Shown here: positions 55,545-64,000 of the stretch, piece by piece
Layout of the letters: each line of letters begins with the position of its first letter
Numbering within the stretch: the stretch's first letter is position 1
Origin: a virus
Length of the DNA stretch: 64,000 nt
Strand: one strand, 5' to 3'
Virus record (IMG/VR): IMGVR_UViG_3300010970_000144
Coordinates: 5,591-69,590 of that record
Notes under the pieces: model-generated
What the model was told of the DNA's origin: nothing
Seen by the model: only the letters and a program-made list of their open reading frames with translations
Databases searched by the model: none
Made by a program: the position numbers and the translations under genes

Positions 55545-55748
55545 TTAAAAATTTGAATCTACGGTCAAAACGTGTACTTTCCCTACCCTATTGTACTTTA
55601 ATACTTCGGGTAGGGGCATATTGTTCTTAATGCGGTACATAATTGCGTGCCTTGTTATTGGTGTGTCAGGATATTTCCTATTCTTCCTGAAAAATTCAGG
55701 GTTAATTTTATTGGCATACTCCAATACGCTAATTTGTTTAGTTTTCAT
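55545..55748 (-). CDS. putative DNA-binding protein
   Basis: SVLEYA..ITRHAIMYRIK HTH-like pattern. Confidence 0.45.
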   Translation of the reverse strand: MKTKQISVLEYANKINPEFFRKNRKYPDTPITRHAIMYRIKNNMPLPEVLKYNRVGKVHVLTVDSNF

Positions 55749-55870
55749 CTTTTAATCTATTATATTCATTTACTAATCTAACTAATTCATTATAGTCATT
55801 GGCTTCTGCAATTCGGATTCCCAGTTGGTTCAGTTTTTTTCTTTTTTCTTTCTGCTCTTTTGAGAAATAT

Positions 55871-56083
55871 TTAATTAGCATTTGAATCATTTACTTCAAA
55901 GGTTTTAAGGGTTTCATAAATAGGCTCTAATTTTTTGCTATTTTCAAGTTCTTGGAACATTTGTTCTGCTTTTTCTTGGCTCATAGTCCAGCTATTTTCT
56001 ACTGAATAGCCATCATCTTTGCGAATAAAATACCATACTTCGCCATTAATTTCTGTCTTTTTTACTAATTCGTACTTTTTCAT
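55871..56083 (-). CDS. hypothetical protein
   Basis: ORF in cluster. Confidence 0.55.
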   Translation of the reverse strand: MKKYELVKKTEINGEVWYFIRKDDGYSVENSWTMSQEKAEQMFQELENSKKLEPIYETLKTFEVNDSNAN

Positions 56084-56103
56084 TTTTTTGTTTTTATTGG
56101 TTG

Positions 56104-56517
56104 TTAATATAATTCTTCTTCTTCTTCTTCTTCTTCTTCGGCATAAAAGAAACCTTGATCATCACAAGTTTCGGGACCAAGTTCATTGTAAACCCACCCA
56201 TTAGCTTCTTCTACTAAATTAGGGTATTTAACCCCTTTAGTATGTTCTCCACTTCCATTGTTTTTGAAAGCAATACTAATACCTTTAATCCTCATATCTT
56301 CGGTATAATCTCCTTCATTACTGGGTGCTGCTCCATTCATCTCGGCAAGTAATTCATAATAATCCTTGCCCCCAAATGTGCCATAACCTTCGTAATTGTT
56401 TTCAGTCCATACATTACCTTTATCATCAATCATATCAACTTTAAAGGTATTTCTAATTGAATAGCTATTTGCTATACTCTTGTCAGTATCTTGTGTTTTC
56501 CAGCTAAAAAATCCCAT
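56104..56517 (-). CDS. hypothetical phage protein with poly-Glu tail
   Basis: MGFFSW..YEGYGTFGGKDYYELLAEMN..DQGFF. Confidence 0.65.
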   Translation of the reverse strand: MGFFSWKTQDTDKSIANSYSIRNTFKVDMIDDKGNVWTENNYEGYGTFGGKDYYELLAEMNGAAPSNEGDYTEDMRIKGISIAFKNNGSGEHTKGVKYPNLVEEANGWVYNELGPETCDDQGFFYAEEEEEEEEELY

Positions 56518-56704
56518 AATTTTTAAGTTTTATTGTTTATTAATTTGTTCTTCTTCAATTTGATTTTCAGTTTCGTTTCTTAATTCCCATTCTTCATCAT
56601 CAATAACTTCCCAATCGCAATGTTCTTTACAATCAGGGCATAATTCATACCAAATTTGACTTTCGTAATTGCAACAAGTGTTTATTAACATAATTGATTT
56701 TTTT

Positions 56705-57364
56705 TTAAAATTTGTATACTTTAGTTTCCTTTCTACATTTTACTTGCCAGTCATGATTATTTAATTCCTGAAAGCCAAAAGTCAATTTGCTATCAATCTT
56801 TTTAATAACCAATCCTTCATACATATCGGTCTTAACTATGTCTTTATACAATTCAGCAAAGCCAGTCATATATGTAGGTGCTTTGTATATGTTGTTTAGT
56901 TTAGTCAGGCATAAATGTTCGTATATTTCTAACCCATTTTCGGTTATTCTACCTCTATCACAAGGGTATGTTTCTTCAAGTAGCTTTACTCTTGCCAAAA
57001 GATCATCACCTACTAAATACTGGTCTGCCCAAACTAAAACATCCCATATAACAAATTTGTCTTTTTCCTTAATACCATTTTCCCCTAATTTACCCTTGTT
57101 AAGATATTCCCCAGTATATACATACCATTGCTCGGATTGTGCTAATCCTTTGAAGTCTATGTCTTTACTATAATAAGATATAGGTTCTTTATGTCGGTTA
57201 TATACATAAACATTAGTTCCATTTGTAAAAACGATACAGCAAGTGCCATTGTACTTTGGTTGCACCACATATTCTCCATTATCAAAAATATGCAAGTCTT
57301 TGGGTGGTATCTTATATTCAGGTCGGGGTGGGTATATGTAATTGAAGTTTAAATAAGGTATCAT
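56705..57364 (-). CDS. ATP-dependent ligase-like nucleotidyltransferase (adenylation domain only)
   Basis: QPKYNG (I), TGEYL (III), FVIWDVL (IIIa), EGLVIKK (IV), WQVKCR (V); no OB domain. Confidence 0.75.
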   Translation of the reverse strand: MIPYLNFNYIYPPRPEYKIPPKDLHIFDNGEYVVQPKYNGTCCIVFTNGTNVYVYNRHKEPISYYSKDIDFKGLAQSEQWYVYTGEYLNKGKLGENGIKEKDKFVIWDVLVWADQYLVGDDLLARVKLLEETYPCDRGRITENGLEIYEHLCLTKLNNIYKAPTYMTGFAELYKDIVKTDMYEGLVIKKIDSKLTFGFQELNNHDWQVKCRKETKVYKF

Positions 57365-57615
57365 AAAAAATATTTATCAAATATTGAATTGAATACATTT
57401 TGCCTATTGGATGCCTCACTATTGACTTCTTCGGCAAATTCTTCCCATTGTTCATCATCTATTCGGATATTCCACTGGTCTGCTAATGATTGCCACATCA
57501 CTAAAAAATCATCCATATCTAAATAGGGCAAATGATTGTCTTTAAACATCACATACATAGTTTCCTTAAACATTTCGTGTTTGCTTATTTTGTTATCCAT
57601 TTTTTTAATATCCAT
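57361..57615 (-). CDS. hypothetical protein
   Basis: ATGA-coupled to the ligase-like gene. Confidence 0.55.
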   Translation of the reverse strand: MDIKKMDNKISKHEMFKETMYVMFKDNHLPYLDMDDFLVMWQSLADQWNIRIDDEQWEEFAEEVNSEASNRQNVFNSIFDKYFL

Positions 57616-57619
57616 CTTA

Positions 57620-58204
57620 TTATTTTTTAAGTGCTACAATTGGGTTAATTAGTTCAAATATTGCCTCTGGAGTATCATATTGCATAAGCCTATCAATGCT
57701 GCCTTTTGCTACTGAAAAGGTCTTTTCTCCACTAATCAAGTTACCTTTGTCTAAATCATCTATATCGGGGCAATTAAGAATAAGTTCACTTAATACTGCC
57801 CCATATTTTTCTACGAGATCCGCATTAAACTTATAAACTACATTTTCATTCAATAAGCCATTATACTGGGATAAGATATTTGCCTTGTTTTCATCAACAA
57901 GGGTGTATTTGTCCATACATATAAACATACAAGAATTGCCCGTATCATCTTGAATCTTGAAATTATCGGGTGTACTTCGTTGGGAACGATATTCCTTCAT
58001 AAATAGGTCTTTGCCTACTGCTTTAATATCTCCTTCAATCATTTTAAGTTCTCCAGTAGCACTATCAATTGTTTCCTTGAGTTCTGCATACCTTTGTATT
58101 TTACTGCCTAATGATGGGGCAGAAATGACCTTTTTATCGGTCTTTTTTGTTGTTTCTTTTACTTTGGTTGCGGTTGTAAATAGGTTTGTGGTTGTGGTTT
58201 TCAT
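57620..58204 (-). CDS. hypothetical phage protein
   Basis: 194-aa ORF downstream of the 13-mer motif at 58241. Confidence 0.6.
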   Translation of the reverse strand: MKTTTTNLFTTATKVKETTKKTDKKVISAPSLGSKIQRYAELKETIDSATGELKMIEGDIKAVGKDLFMKEYRSQRSTPDNFKIQDDTGNSCMFICMDKYTLVDENKANILSQYNGLLNENVVYKFNADLVEKYGAVLSELILNCPDIDDLDKGNLISGEKTFSVAKGSIDRLMQYDTPEAIFELINPIVALKK

Positions 58205-58264
58205 TTTCTTTTGTTTTTTTGAAAATTAAAATTAGAATAATTAATTTAATTAAAAAAATATTTT

Positions 58265-58906
58265 TTATGCAAATGGGTTTACATCAATGGGGTAGAAATC
58301 TTCATCTTCAATCAAAACTCCAGTATCTTCGTATTTCCATAAATGTTTTTCGCTATCATAAATAACCTTATTATCTTCTTCATCAGTAAAATAAGGCTCA
58401 CCTACTTCCATATCAATTTCACCTTCAATTGCACTAATTTTGCCACAAAAGGCATAAGATTCTTCATCAAATGTTAGTTCAAATTCTAATTCGGGGTACA
58501 TTGGTACAATCTTTTTTATCCATTCTATTGGCGGACTCCAAGCGGTATTGAATCTAACGTGGAAAAGATCATCTTCTAATATTTGTATTGAAGTACTACT
58601 GGCGTTCCATTTTGTTCCCCAATTTTGGATATTCCATTCATACCAATCTTCTGCCCCATATAATCGTATATTTTCAGCTATTCTTTCTTTATACTGGGTA
58701 TCATCTTCTCCTTCTTTTCTTGGTAAAGGAGAGAAACCACCTTCTAATGGTTTAGGTAATGGGTGTAGAATATTAAAGGTAAATTTACCTCTTTCATCTT
58801 CCCAATCATCATTTTTATCAGTTGGGATAATTGTTTTACTTACAAAGTCTGCAAGTGTTTCTTTGTTTCCACTTACGATAAGTGAATTGTAGCACCAATT
58901 TGGCAT
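58265..58906 (-). CDS. DUF1281/Api92(YubB)-like protein
   Basis: MPNWCYN..DWYEWNIQNWGTKWN..FNTAWSPP. Confidence 0.8.
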   Translation of the reverse strand: MPNWCYNSLIVSGNKETLADFVSKTIIPTDKNDDWEDERGKFTFNILHPLPKPLEGGFSPLPRKEGEDDTQYKERIAENIRLYGAEDWYEWNIQNWGTKWNASSTSIQILEDDLFHVRFNTAWSPPIEWIKKIVPMYPELEFELTFDEESYAFCGKISAIEGEIDMEVGEPYFTDEEDNKVIYDSEKHLWKYEDTGVLIEDEDFYPIDVNPFA

Positions 58907-58917
58907 AATTTTTAGTT

Positions 58918-59133
58918 TTAAATATTAGTAATTTCGTTTAAATGGCATAATTCAATTGCAATAATACATTTGTCCCTTAATGCACCTTCAAATTCAAGCT
59001 CGGTGTTTATAAGGTGTTCCGTTTGGTCATCATATATGGCATACAATTCAAAGTCTTGAGATTGCCATAAGCTGGATGCTATTTCAGTTACATCCATCCA
59101 TAAAAATTCATCATAGGTTTTTAATACTTTCAT
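58918..59133 (-). CDS. acidic early protein
   Basis: ORF in cluster. Confidence 0.5.
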   Translation of the reverse strand: MKVLKTYDEFLWMDVTEIASSLWQSQDFELYAIYDDQTEHLINTELEFEGALRDKCIIAIELCHLNEITNI

Positions 59134-59426
59134 ATTTCCGTATTTTTTACATTATCAATTATAAATTCTTCTTCTCTATGTTCAAATGTGCCACTGAAAT
59201 ACAATTCGCAAGTAGCTTTTCCATTGTTATCTTCTACATCCATCAAAGTTTCACATTCGTATAAATGCTCTTGTTCAATGTATGTGAGTGTATCATCCAA
59301 TTCATTATCATTAAATTCAACTATCATTTGTTTAATAGCTTCATCTTTTGACTCTGCCGATATGGAGTGTTTTTCTCTTATCCAAGTGGTTACTTTTCTA
59401 TCTACATAAAAATAAAATTGTTCCAT
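59130..59426 (-). CDS. acidic early protein
   Basis: ORF in cluster. Confidence 0.55.
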   Translation of the reverse strand: MEQFYFYVDRKVTTWIREKHSISAESKDEAIKQMIVEFNDNELDDTLTYIEQEHLYECETLMDVEDNNGKATCELYFSGTFEHREEEFIIDNVKNTEI

Positions 59427-59437
59427 ATTACTGGGGT

Positions 59438-59716
59438 TTAAATTGTTAATGTATCAATGTTATCAATGGTATAAAAATCCACTAAATTGTGCGGGTAATG
59501 ATCCTTTAATGCCCATACCAATCCTTCATTGTCATATTCTTCTTCTTCTTCTCTTTCAGCCTCAACAATAGGTGTAACAATATCTTTAATTTGTTGGTCG
59601 GTTAGGTCAGTTATCAATAAGAAATCTTCTTCATCCCAGTAGGTTGTTTTTAACCTAACTAATCTAATTGATTCCTTTAATAATAAAATTGTGTTTTGTT
59701 CATTTAAATTTTTCAT
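59438..59716 (-). CDS. acidic early protein
   Basis: ORF in cluster. Confidence 0.55.
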   Translation of the reverse strand: MKNLNEQNTILLLKESIRLVRLKTTYWDEEDFLLITDLTDQQIKDIVTPIVEAEREEEEEYDNEGLVWALKDHYPHNLVDFYTIDNIDTLTI

Positions 59717-59721
59717 TTTGC

Positions 59722-60267
59722 TTAATTTATTAGTCTTTTAATTTTTTCAATTACTGGTTTATCTGCTGCAAATTCTTCAATGTTTGAATAAAAGCTTTCG
59801 GTGTGTGAATTAACATAGCACCCAATTTGATATTCTTTTATTTTTTGTTCAATACTGGGTATTCTGCTTTCAAATGATACAATTTTACTTTTTAATCGGT
59901 ATCTTAATATAATTGAATTATCACTATAATTTCCGCTATTTTCTTTTTGATGAATTGTATCAATGCAAAAACTATGGTAACTTGCTCCCCAAATTTTAGG
60001 GATAAAAGTTGTCAATCCTAATTCTTTTAAATCAACATTTAATTGTTCCATATCATTTTCAATTATTTCTTTTAGCATTTCTTCATAAAATTCATTGTCT
60101 AAATGTATTTGATACCTTTGTTCAGTATCTGCTTCTTTTTGCCCTAACAATCCCTCAATGTCAAATAGAGTTCCTTTTGGTCTATTCTTTTTTTCTTGAT
60201 TAATTTTTGAAAATTCACTGGTAATGTTTGCAATAATCATTTGTTGCTTTTCGGTTAAATTTTTCAT
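59722..60267 (-). CDS. hypothetical early protein
   Basis: 181-aa ORF. Confidence 0.55.
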   Translation of the reverse strand: MKNLTEKQQMIIANITSEFSKINQEKKNRPKGTLFDIEGLLGQKEADTEQRYQIHLDNEFYEEMLKEIIENDMEQLNVDLKELGLTTFIPKIWGASYHSFCIDTIHQKENSGNYSDNSIILRYRLKSKIVSFESRIPSIEQKIKEYQIGCYVNSHTESFYSNIEEFAADKPVIEKIKRLIN

Positions 60268-60280
60268 TTTTATTGATTTT

Positions 60281-60802
60281 TTAATTTAAAAATTGTTGTG
60301 GTATGTTAGTGTTAAGTAATTTATGCCCATTTTTAGCGTATTTATCCAAGCTATCCTTAAGTGTTTTGCTGAAAAAGTTAGGATCTTCAGTCCATACCTT
60401 GATTAATGGCACATTAAAGCCTATAATTCGGTAGCTATAATCGTTGCCTATCAATATACCTTTTTCCATTTTTTTGGTCATTTTAGCCTTCTCTTTGGCT
60501 TTTAAATGGGTTTCAAATAGATTATCCAAATAATGCTCTAAATTCATCTCAATAGTGATTTTTTCTCCTTGATGTAAATGGCTATCATATTCTAATGGGG
60601 GCAATCCTTTACAATATTCTTCCATCTCTCGTATTACCTTATAATCTACGTTAGGTATGCGGTTATAATTTGTGCAACCGCCTTTCCCATCATTGTCGCA
60701 AATGCCTACTAACTTCCCATTGAGGTATATATTTGCTTGAAAGCAATGTGTTTCGTCGCTGCCCCATTCGGAGTGCTTGATGTTTTTTAATTCAATTTTC
60801 AT
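60281..60802 (-). CDS. hypothetical phage early protein
   Basis: Likely start MKIELKNIK; SDETHCFQA..NDGKGG motif. Confidence 0.6.
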   Translation of the reverse strand: MKIELKNIKHSEWGSDETHCFQANIYLNGKLVGICDNDGKGGCTNYNRIPNVDYKVIREMEEYCKGLPPLEYDSHLHQGEKITIEMNLEHYLDNLFETHLKAKEKAKMTKKMEKGILIGNDYSYRIIGFNVPLIKVWTEDPNFFSKTLKDSLDKYAKNGHKLLNTNIPQQFLN

Positions 60803-60812
60803 AAAATTTAAT

Positions 60813-61001
60813 TTATAATGATAAATAATTTTCCCAATAATGATTTTCCATTTCAATTTTCAGGCTTTCTTTCAAGCCTTCAATCTTATTAATTACTGGG
60901 TATGGGTTTTTGACTTTCCCTTCTTTTAGACGGGTGTTTAGTGCCTTGATTTGGCTTTTAATCTTGTTGATTGTTTGGATTGGTGTTAATGCTTTTTTCA
61001 T
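60813..61001 (-). CDS. hypothetical protein
   Basis: ORF downstream of the 13-mer motif at 61029. Confidence 0.5.
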   Translation of the reverse strand: MKKALTPIQTINKIKSQIKALNTRLKEGKVKNPYPVINKIEGLKESLKIEMENHYWENYLSL

Positions 61002-61128
61002 ATAACTTAATTTTGTGTAAAATAAAGATTAATTTAATTAAATACCAAAAATATTTTTATAGTGCAAAAAAAGATCCTATGAAAGGTATTTAAAAAGGCA
61101 GTTTTAGAGGTCTGCCAACTCTTAAAAA

Positions 61129-61353
61129 CTAACTATTTAAATATTTTTGTACATTTTCATTTAATTGATGCCATAAACTGGGATGGATTATTGATTTCTC
61201 CCAATCTTGGGGGTTTTTTCGGATATCTTCTTCGGTTATTTCCATAATCTTTAAAATTCTCTCTAATAGTAGAGCATTTAAAATGGTTGGATTTTCTGCA
61301 ATTAGTTTTTTTAATCGGCTCTCGTTGGTTGGTTGTTTTTTACTGGTTGCCAT
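61129..61353 (-). CDS. hypothetical protein
   Basis: ORF in cluster. Confidence 0.55.
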   Translation of the reverse strand: MATSKKQPTNESRLKKLIAENPTILNALLLERILKIMEITEEDIRKNPQDWEKSIIHPSLWHQLNENVQKYLNS

Positions 61354-61601
61354 TGTTTTTGATTTTTGTAAATTAAAAAAGATAGTTTTTGACTGCTTTT
61401 AATGTTTTAAATGTAATTGCCCCAATGATGACAAAAAAAGATCCTACGCAAAGGGTTAAATTGATTGCATAAAGGATGGGCAAAAGTGCGTTGATTGTTC
61501 CCATTTTTAAGGTTTTAGAGGTTATCGGTTAAGGTTATAAGTAAAAATAAAATGACAATTAAAAGGGCGGTTTTTGTTGATTCTTTCATTTTAATTTATT
61601 T

Positions 61602-62138
61602 TTAGTGTTGTTGAAAAACTGAGCCATCAATAAATACATAATCATTTATAAATAAATCTCGTGCAAAACTTTCATAGTCAAAATAGTATCGTAAGTGTTG
61701 CGGTATTTGGTCAAGGTCGCCTGTTTCATCCAATAATTGCTCCGCATATTCTTGCTCGCTATCATATTCTCCCATATAGTAGCTACTAAAATCCTGCGGA
61801 TGGTAGCCATAATCTACAAACTTCCTCAAGGCTTCTTCGTTACTCGTTCCATTGTATGCCTCTAAATATTCCCAAAATTCCCTATTAAAACCGCTTTCGC
61901 TTACATATTTACTTGGTATGCTTTGCCAGTCCTGAAACATAAATTCCGCATCTTCTTCCATATAATGGATGGCACTGCATAACTCGTTGAAATCTTCTTC
62001 ATCATTAATCAAGGTTAAGTCAATCCAAGCACCAAAGATGCTGCCGTCATTATACTTGCCATAAGTACCTACATAGACCGCCATTTGGTCGGTGATTTTT
62101 GATTGAATCGCTGGGTGTGTTGTTGTTAAATTTTCCAT
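61602..62138 (-). CDS. ardA: antirestriction protein ArdA
   Basis: VYVGTYGKYNDGSIFGAWIDL..EFMFQDW..YFDYESFARDLF; highly acidic. Confidence 0.92.
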   Translation of the reverse strand: MENLTTTHPAIQSKITDQMAVYVGTYGKYNDGSIFGAWIDLTLINDEEDFNELCSAIHYMEEDAEFMFQDWQSIPSKYVSESGFNREFWEYLEAYNGTSNEEALRKFVDYGYHPQDFSSYYMGEYDSEQEYAEQLLDETGDLDQIPQHLRYYFDYESFARDLFINDYVFIDGSVFQQH

Positions 62139-62589
62139 TTGTTTTTTGTTGTGGGTTGCCCCGTGTTAGTTAATAAGACGCAATCTAATACGCTTTTTTG
62201 TAAATTAGAACAACCAAATGATCATTTAAGAAAACTTTAACAAATGGTTATTTTATATAATATGATCCCCCCCCTACTACCCCCCTACATAAAACAAGAG
62301 CAAACCACACGCCACACCACAACCAGCAACGCAACAAATTGCAAGACCAAAACCAAAGCCCACAACCCACCGAAAACCGCACCACACACCACACGCAAAG
62401 AAACTGCAAGGGAAAACGCAAAAGCGAGGTACTGGGTGCAAGAAAATCAAAACCCCGAAAAAATAAAAACTTTTTTGGAGCGGGGGGGTAGCTTAAACAA
62501 ATGTTTATGCAGAGGGTTTGAAATTTTTTTTTTGTAATATGGAATGGAAATGGTGAAAATATGGTATATTTGGGTATAAAAACATAGCT
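62139..62589. other. non-coding strand-switch region (candidate terminus/packaging/control region)
   Basis: Divergent transcription; A/C-skewed stretch; CTACCCCCC/GGGGGGTAG inverted repeat; TATATTTG box near 62565. Confidence 0.5.
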
Positions 62590-63102
62590 ATGTTAAAATC
62601 AATGAAGAAGCTTGGTGGTAAAAGAAAGCCAGCTGAAACAGTTGCTACTTACGAAAAGAAAAAAGCAGTAATTGCTCCAAAATCAATATCAAAAGCTGAC
62701 TCAGAGGCTAAAGTAGCCAGTATTGAAGGCATGAAAGAAGCGCAAGCTGAATTAACTCAAGGTGAAAAAGACTTTGGTTCTGCATATAAATCTTTAGGTT
62801 TAAAAGGAACTAGAAGAACTGAACTTGATCCAAAAACCGGAGATGTTTCAGTAAAGGCTAAATATAAATCTACCGAAGGTGATGAAGAAGTGGAAAGAAT
62901 ACCTAATTCAGAAATGTTGCAAGTTAAAAGAATTGGTGAAGCAGGAGAATTAGCAAAAGGAACAGGTTATGAGAATTTCAAAGAAACTTTTAAAGATAGA
63001 ATTGAAAGACTAGCTTCTGAGAAAAAAGCCAGACTTAAAGCAAAGGGAATGGCTATTCTTGAAGCTGAAAAAAGAAAGGCTGAAGCTAAAGCAAGAATGT
63101 AA
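62590..63102 (+). CDS. Lys/Glu-rich hypothetical protein
   Basis: 170-aa ORF after promoter box. Confidence 0.6.
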   Translation: MLKSMKKLGGKRKPAETVATYEKKKAVIAPKSISKADSEAKVASIEGMKEAQAELTQGEKDFGSAYKSLGLKGTRRTELDPKTGDVSVKAKYKSTEGDEEVERIPNSEMLQVKRIGEAGELAKGTGYENFKETFKDRIERLASEKKARLKAKGMAILEAEKRKAEAKARM

Positions 63103-63113
63103 AAATAATAACA

Positions 63114-63335
63114 ATGCAAGATCCAAAAAAGAAAGAAGTAGGAGAAATGGGTAAGCCTAGTTTAAAGGCTAAATTTGAGGCTGCTATGCAAAAGCAATAC
63201 AAATCTCGTCCCGATAATAAAGCTCCTTTAAAAGATAATATAGGAAAGACTATGACAGAATCATGGAAAGAAGTTATGGTTCCTATAAAAAAGAAATCGT
63301 CTAAGTTATCAATGATGACTAAAGCAAAGTATTAA
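63114..63335 (+). CDS. small basic protein
   Basis: 73-aa ORF followed by a terminator. Confidence 0.55.
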   Translation: MQDPKKKEVGEMGKPSLKAKFEAAMQKQYKSRPDNKAPLKDNIGKTMTESWKEVMVPIKKKSSKLSMMTKAKY

Positions 63336-63364
63336 ACTCGGTTAGTTGGTTTGTTATTACTTTG

Positions 63365-63393
63365 AGCCTCCCTTAAAAAAGGAGGTTTTTTTT
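63365..63393 (+). terminator. intrinsic terminator
   Basis: AGCCTCC..GGAGGTT followed by a T run. Confidence 0.7.
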
Positions 63394-63438
63394 GTCCTTA
63401 CATCATTGTTTCGTATCTTTGTCGTAAACTATACGGAG

Positions 63439-63594
63439 ATGAATAAACTAAGAAAAGAAGTTCAACTTGAACAAGAAATCATTGACAAACTAACAGTATT
63501 AGCAGACAAAAAGCAGTGGTCATTAAAAAAGATGATGGAAACTATTTTGATCAAGGCAGTAAAAAATGTATCACTTGAGGAAAGTAATTCTTAA
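63439..63594 (+). CDS. ribbon-helix-helix DNA-binding protein
   Basis: Start revised to ATG at 63439: RKEVQLEQEIIDKLTVLADKKQWSLKKMMETIL; TATCTTTG box upstream. Confidence 0.65.
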   Translation: MNKLRKEVQLEQEIIDKLTVLADKKQWSLKKMMETILIKAVKNVSLEESNS

Positions 63595-64000
63595 CATCAC
63601 ACCTCAAACTCACGTCAGGGCAACTCAAGGTGATTCAATATTTTTTAGGATACCAAGAGATAAGTTAAGACCAGCCGGACTCAAAAGGTTACTTAGACTA
63701 GAGAGGTATAACAACTACAAACTAGAACTTTCAGCAGAAGCGAAAAGAAAATCTTTTGTCATGCCTCCGGTGGGAGCATCAATTACATTTGTGATTCCGG
63801 TACCTCCATCTTGGTCCAAGAAGAAAAAGAAATTGTATCATGGAAGATTCCATCAGTCAAAACCAGACATAGATAATTTACAAAAGGCTTTCTTAGATTC
63901 ACTGATGATGGAGGATAAGCAGATCGCGCATCTGGAAGTTCAGAAAAGATGGGTTGACTTTGAAGTAGGGTGGATTGAAATTACATTAAAAGAATATGAG
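63575..64000 (+). CDS. rusA: RusA-like Holliday junction resolvase (runs off window end)
   Basis: Hand translation ..PVPPSWSKKKK..HQSKPDIDNLQKAFLDSLMMEDKQI.. Confidence 0.85.
   Translation, partial: MRKVILNITPQTHVRATQGDSIFFRIPRDKLRPAGLKRLLRLERYNNYKLELSAEAKRKSFVMPPVGASITFVIPVPPSWSKKKKKLYHGRFHQSKPDIDNLQKAFLDSLMMEDKQIAHLEVQKRWVDFEVGWIEITLKEYE

Noticed and set aside
62244-62537. 97-aa ORF in the strand-switch region
   Set aside because: Low-complexity P/T/K product of A/C skew; no typical start context
1-64000. Stop-codon reassignment
   Set aside because: Standard-code ORFs tile the window densely; the muzzle split has a real intergenic spacer and a new ATG
1-64000. Prophage/integration module
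   Set aside because: No integrase, att site or host genes in the window; lifestyle cannot be determined

Overview
The whole window is a gene-dense, AT-rich tailed-phage genome segment in the standard genetic code. The host is most likely Bacteroidota, judged from TAnnTTTG -7 promoter boxes and A-rich, Shine-Dalgarno-less gene starts. Left to right it holds: (i) a replication/recombination block (NinG-like, Cro-like HTH, DUF4373-type initiator with internal iterons, primase-helicase, SSB, C5-MTase); (ii) a crAss-like podovirus morphogenesis module (terminase, portal, MCP, ring proteins, split muzzle protein, ejected cargo proteins, long tail fibre); (iii) glycosyltransferase genes on both sides of a lysis cassette; (iv) an early region of small minus-strand genes headed by ardA; (v) a non-coding strand-switch region, followed by an RHH protein and RusA. 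The best candidate for a new system is a virion O-glycosylation system. Four glycosyltransferases, including a GT4 fused to an Aah/TibC-like protein O-glycosyltransferase with an iron-finger Cys motif, co-occur with a Pro-free Gly-Thr/Ser-Ser collagen-like tail fibre and mucin-like TTTTAAPTTT tails on three probable structural proteins. Other notable features are a repeat-delimited alternating gene-cassette array containing a tRNA-like RNA, an 8-copy 13-bp operator-like motif, and a ferritin gene embedded in the cargo module. All family assignments come from motif recognition by eye; no database searches were run.
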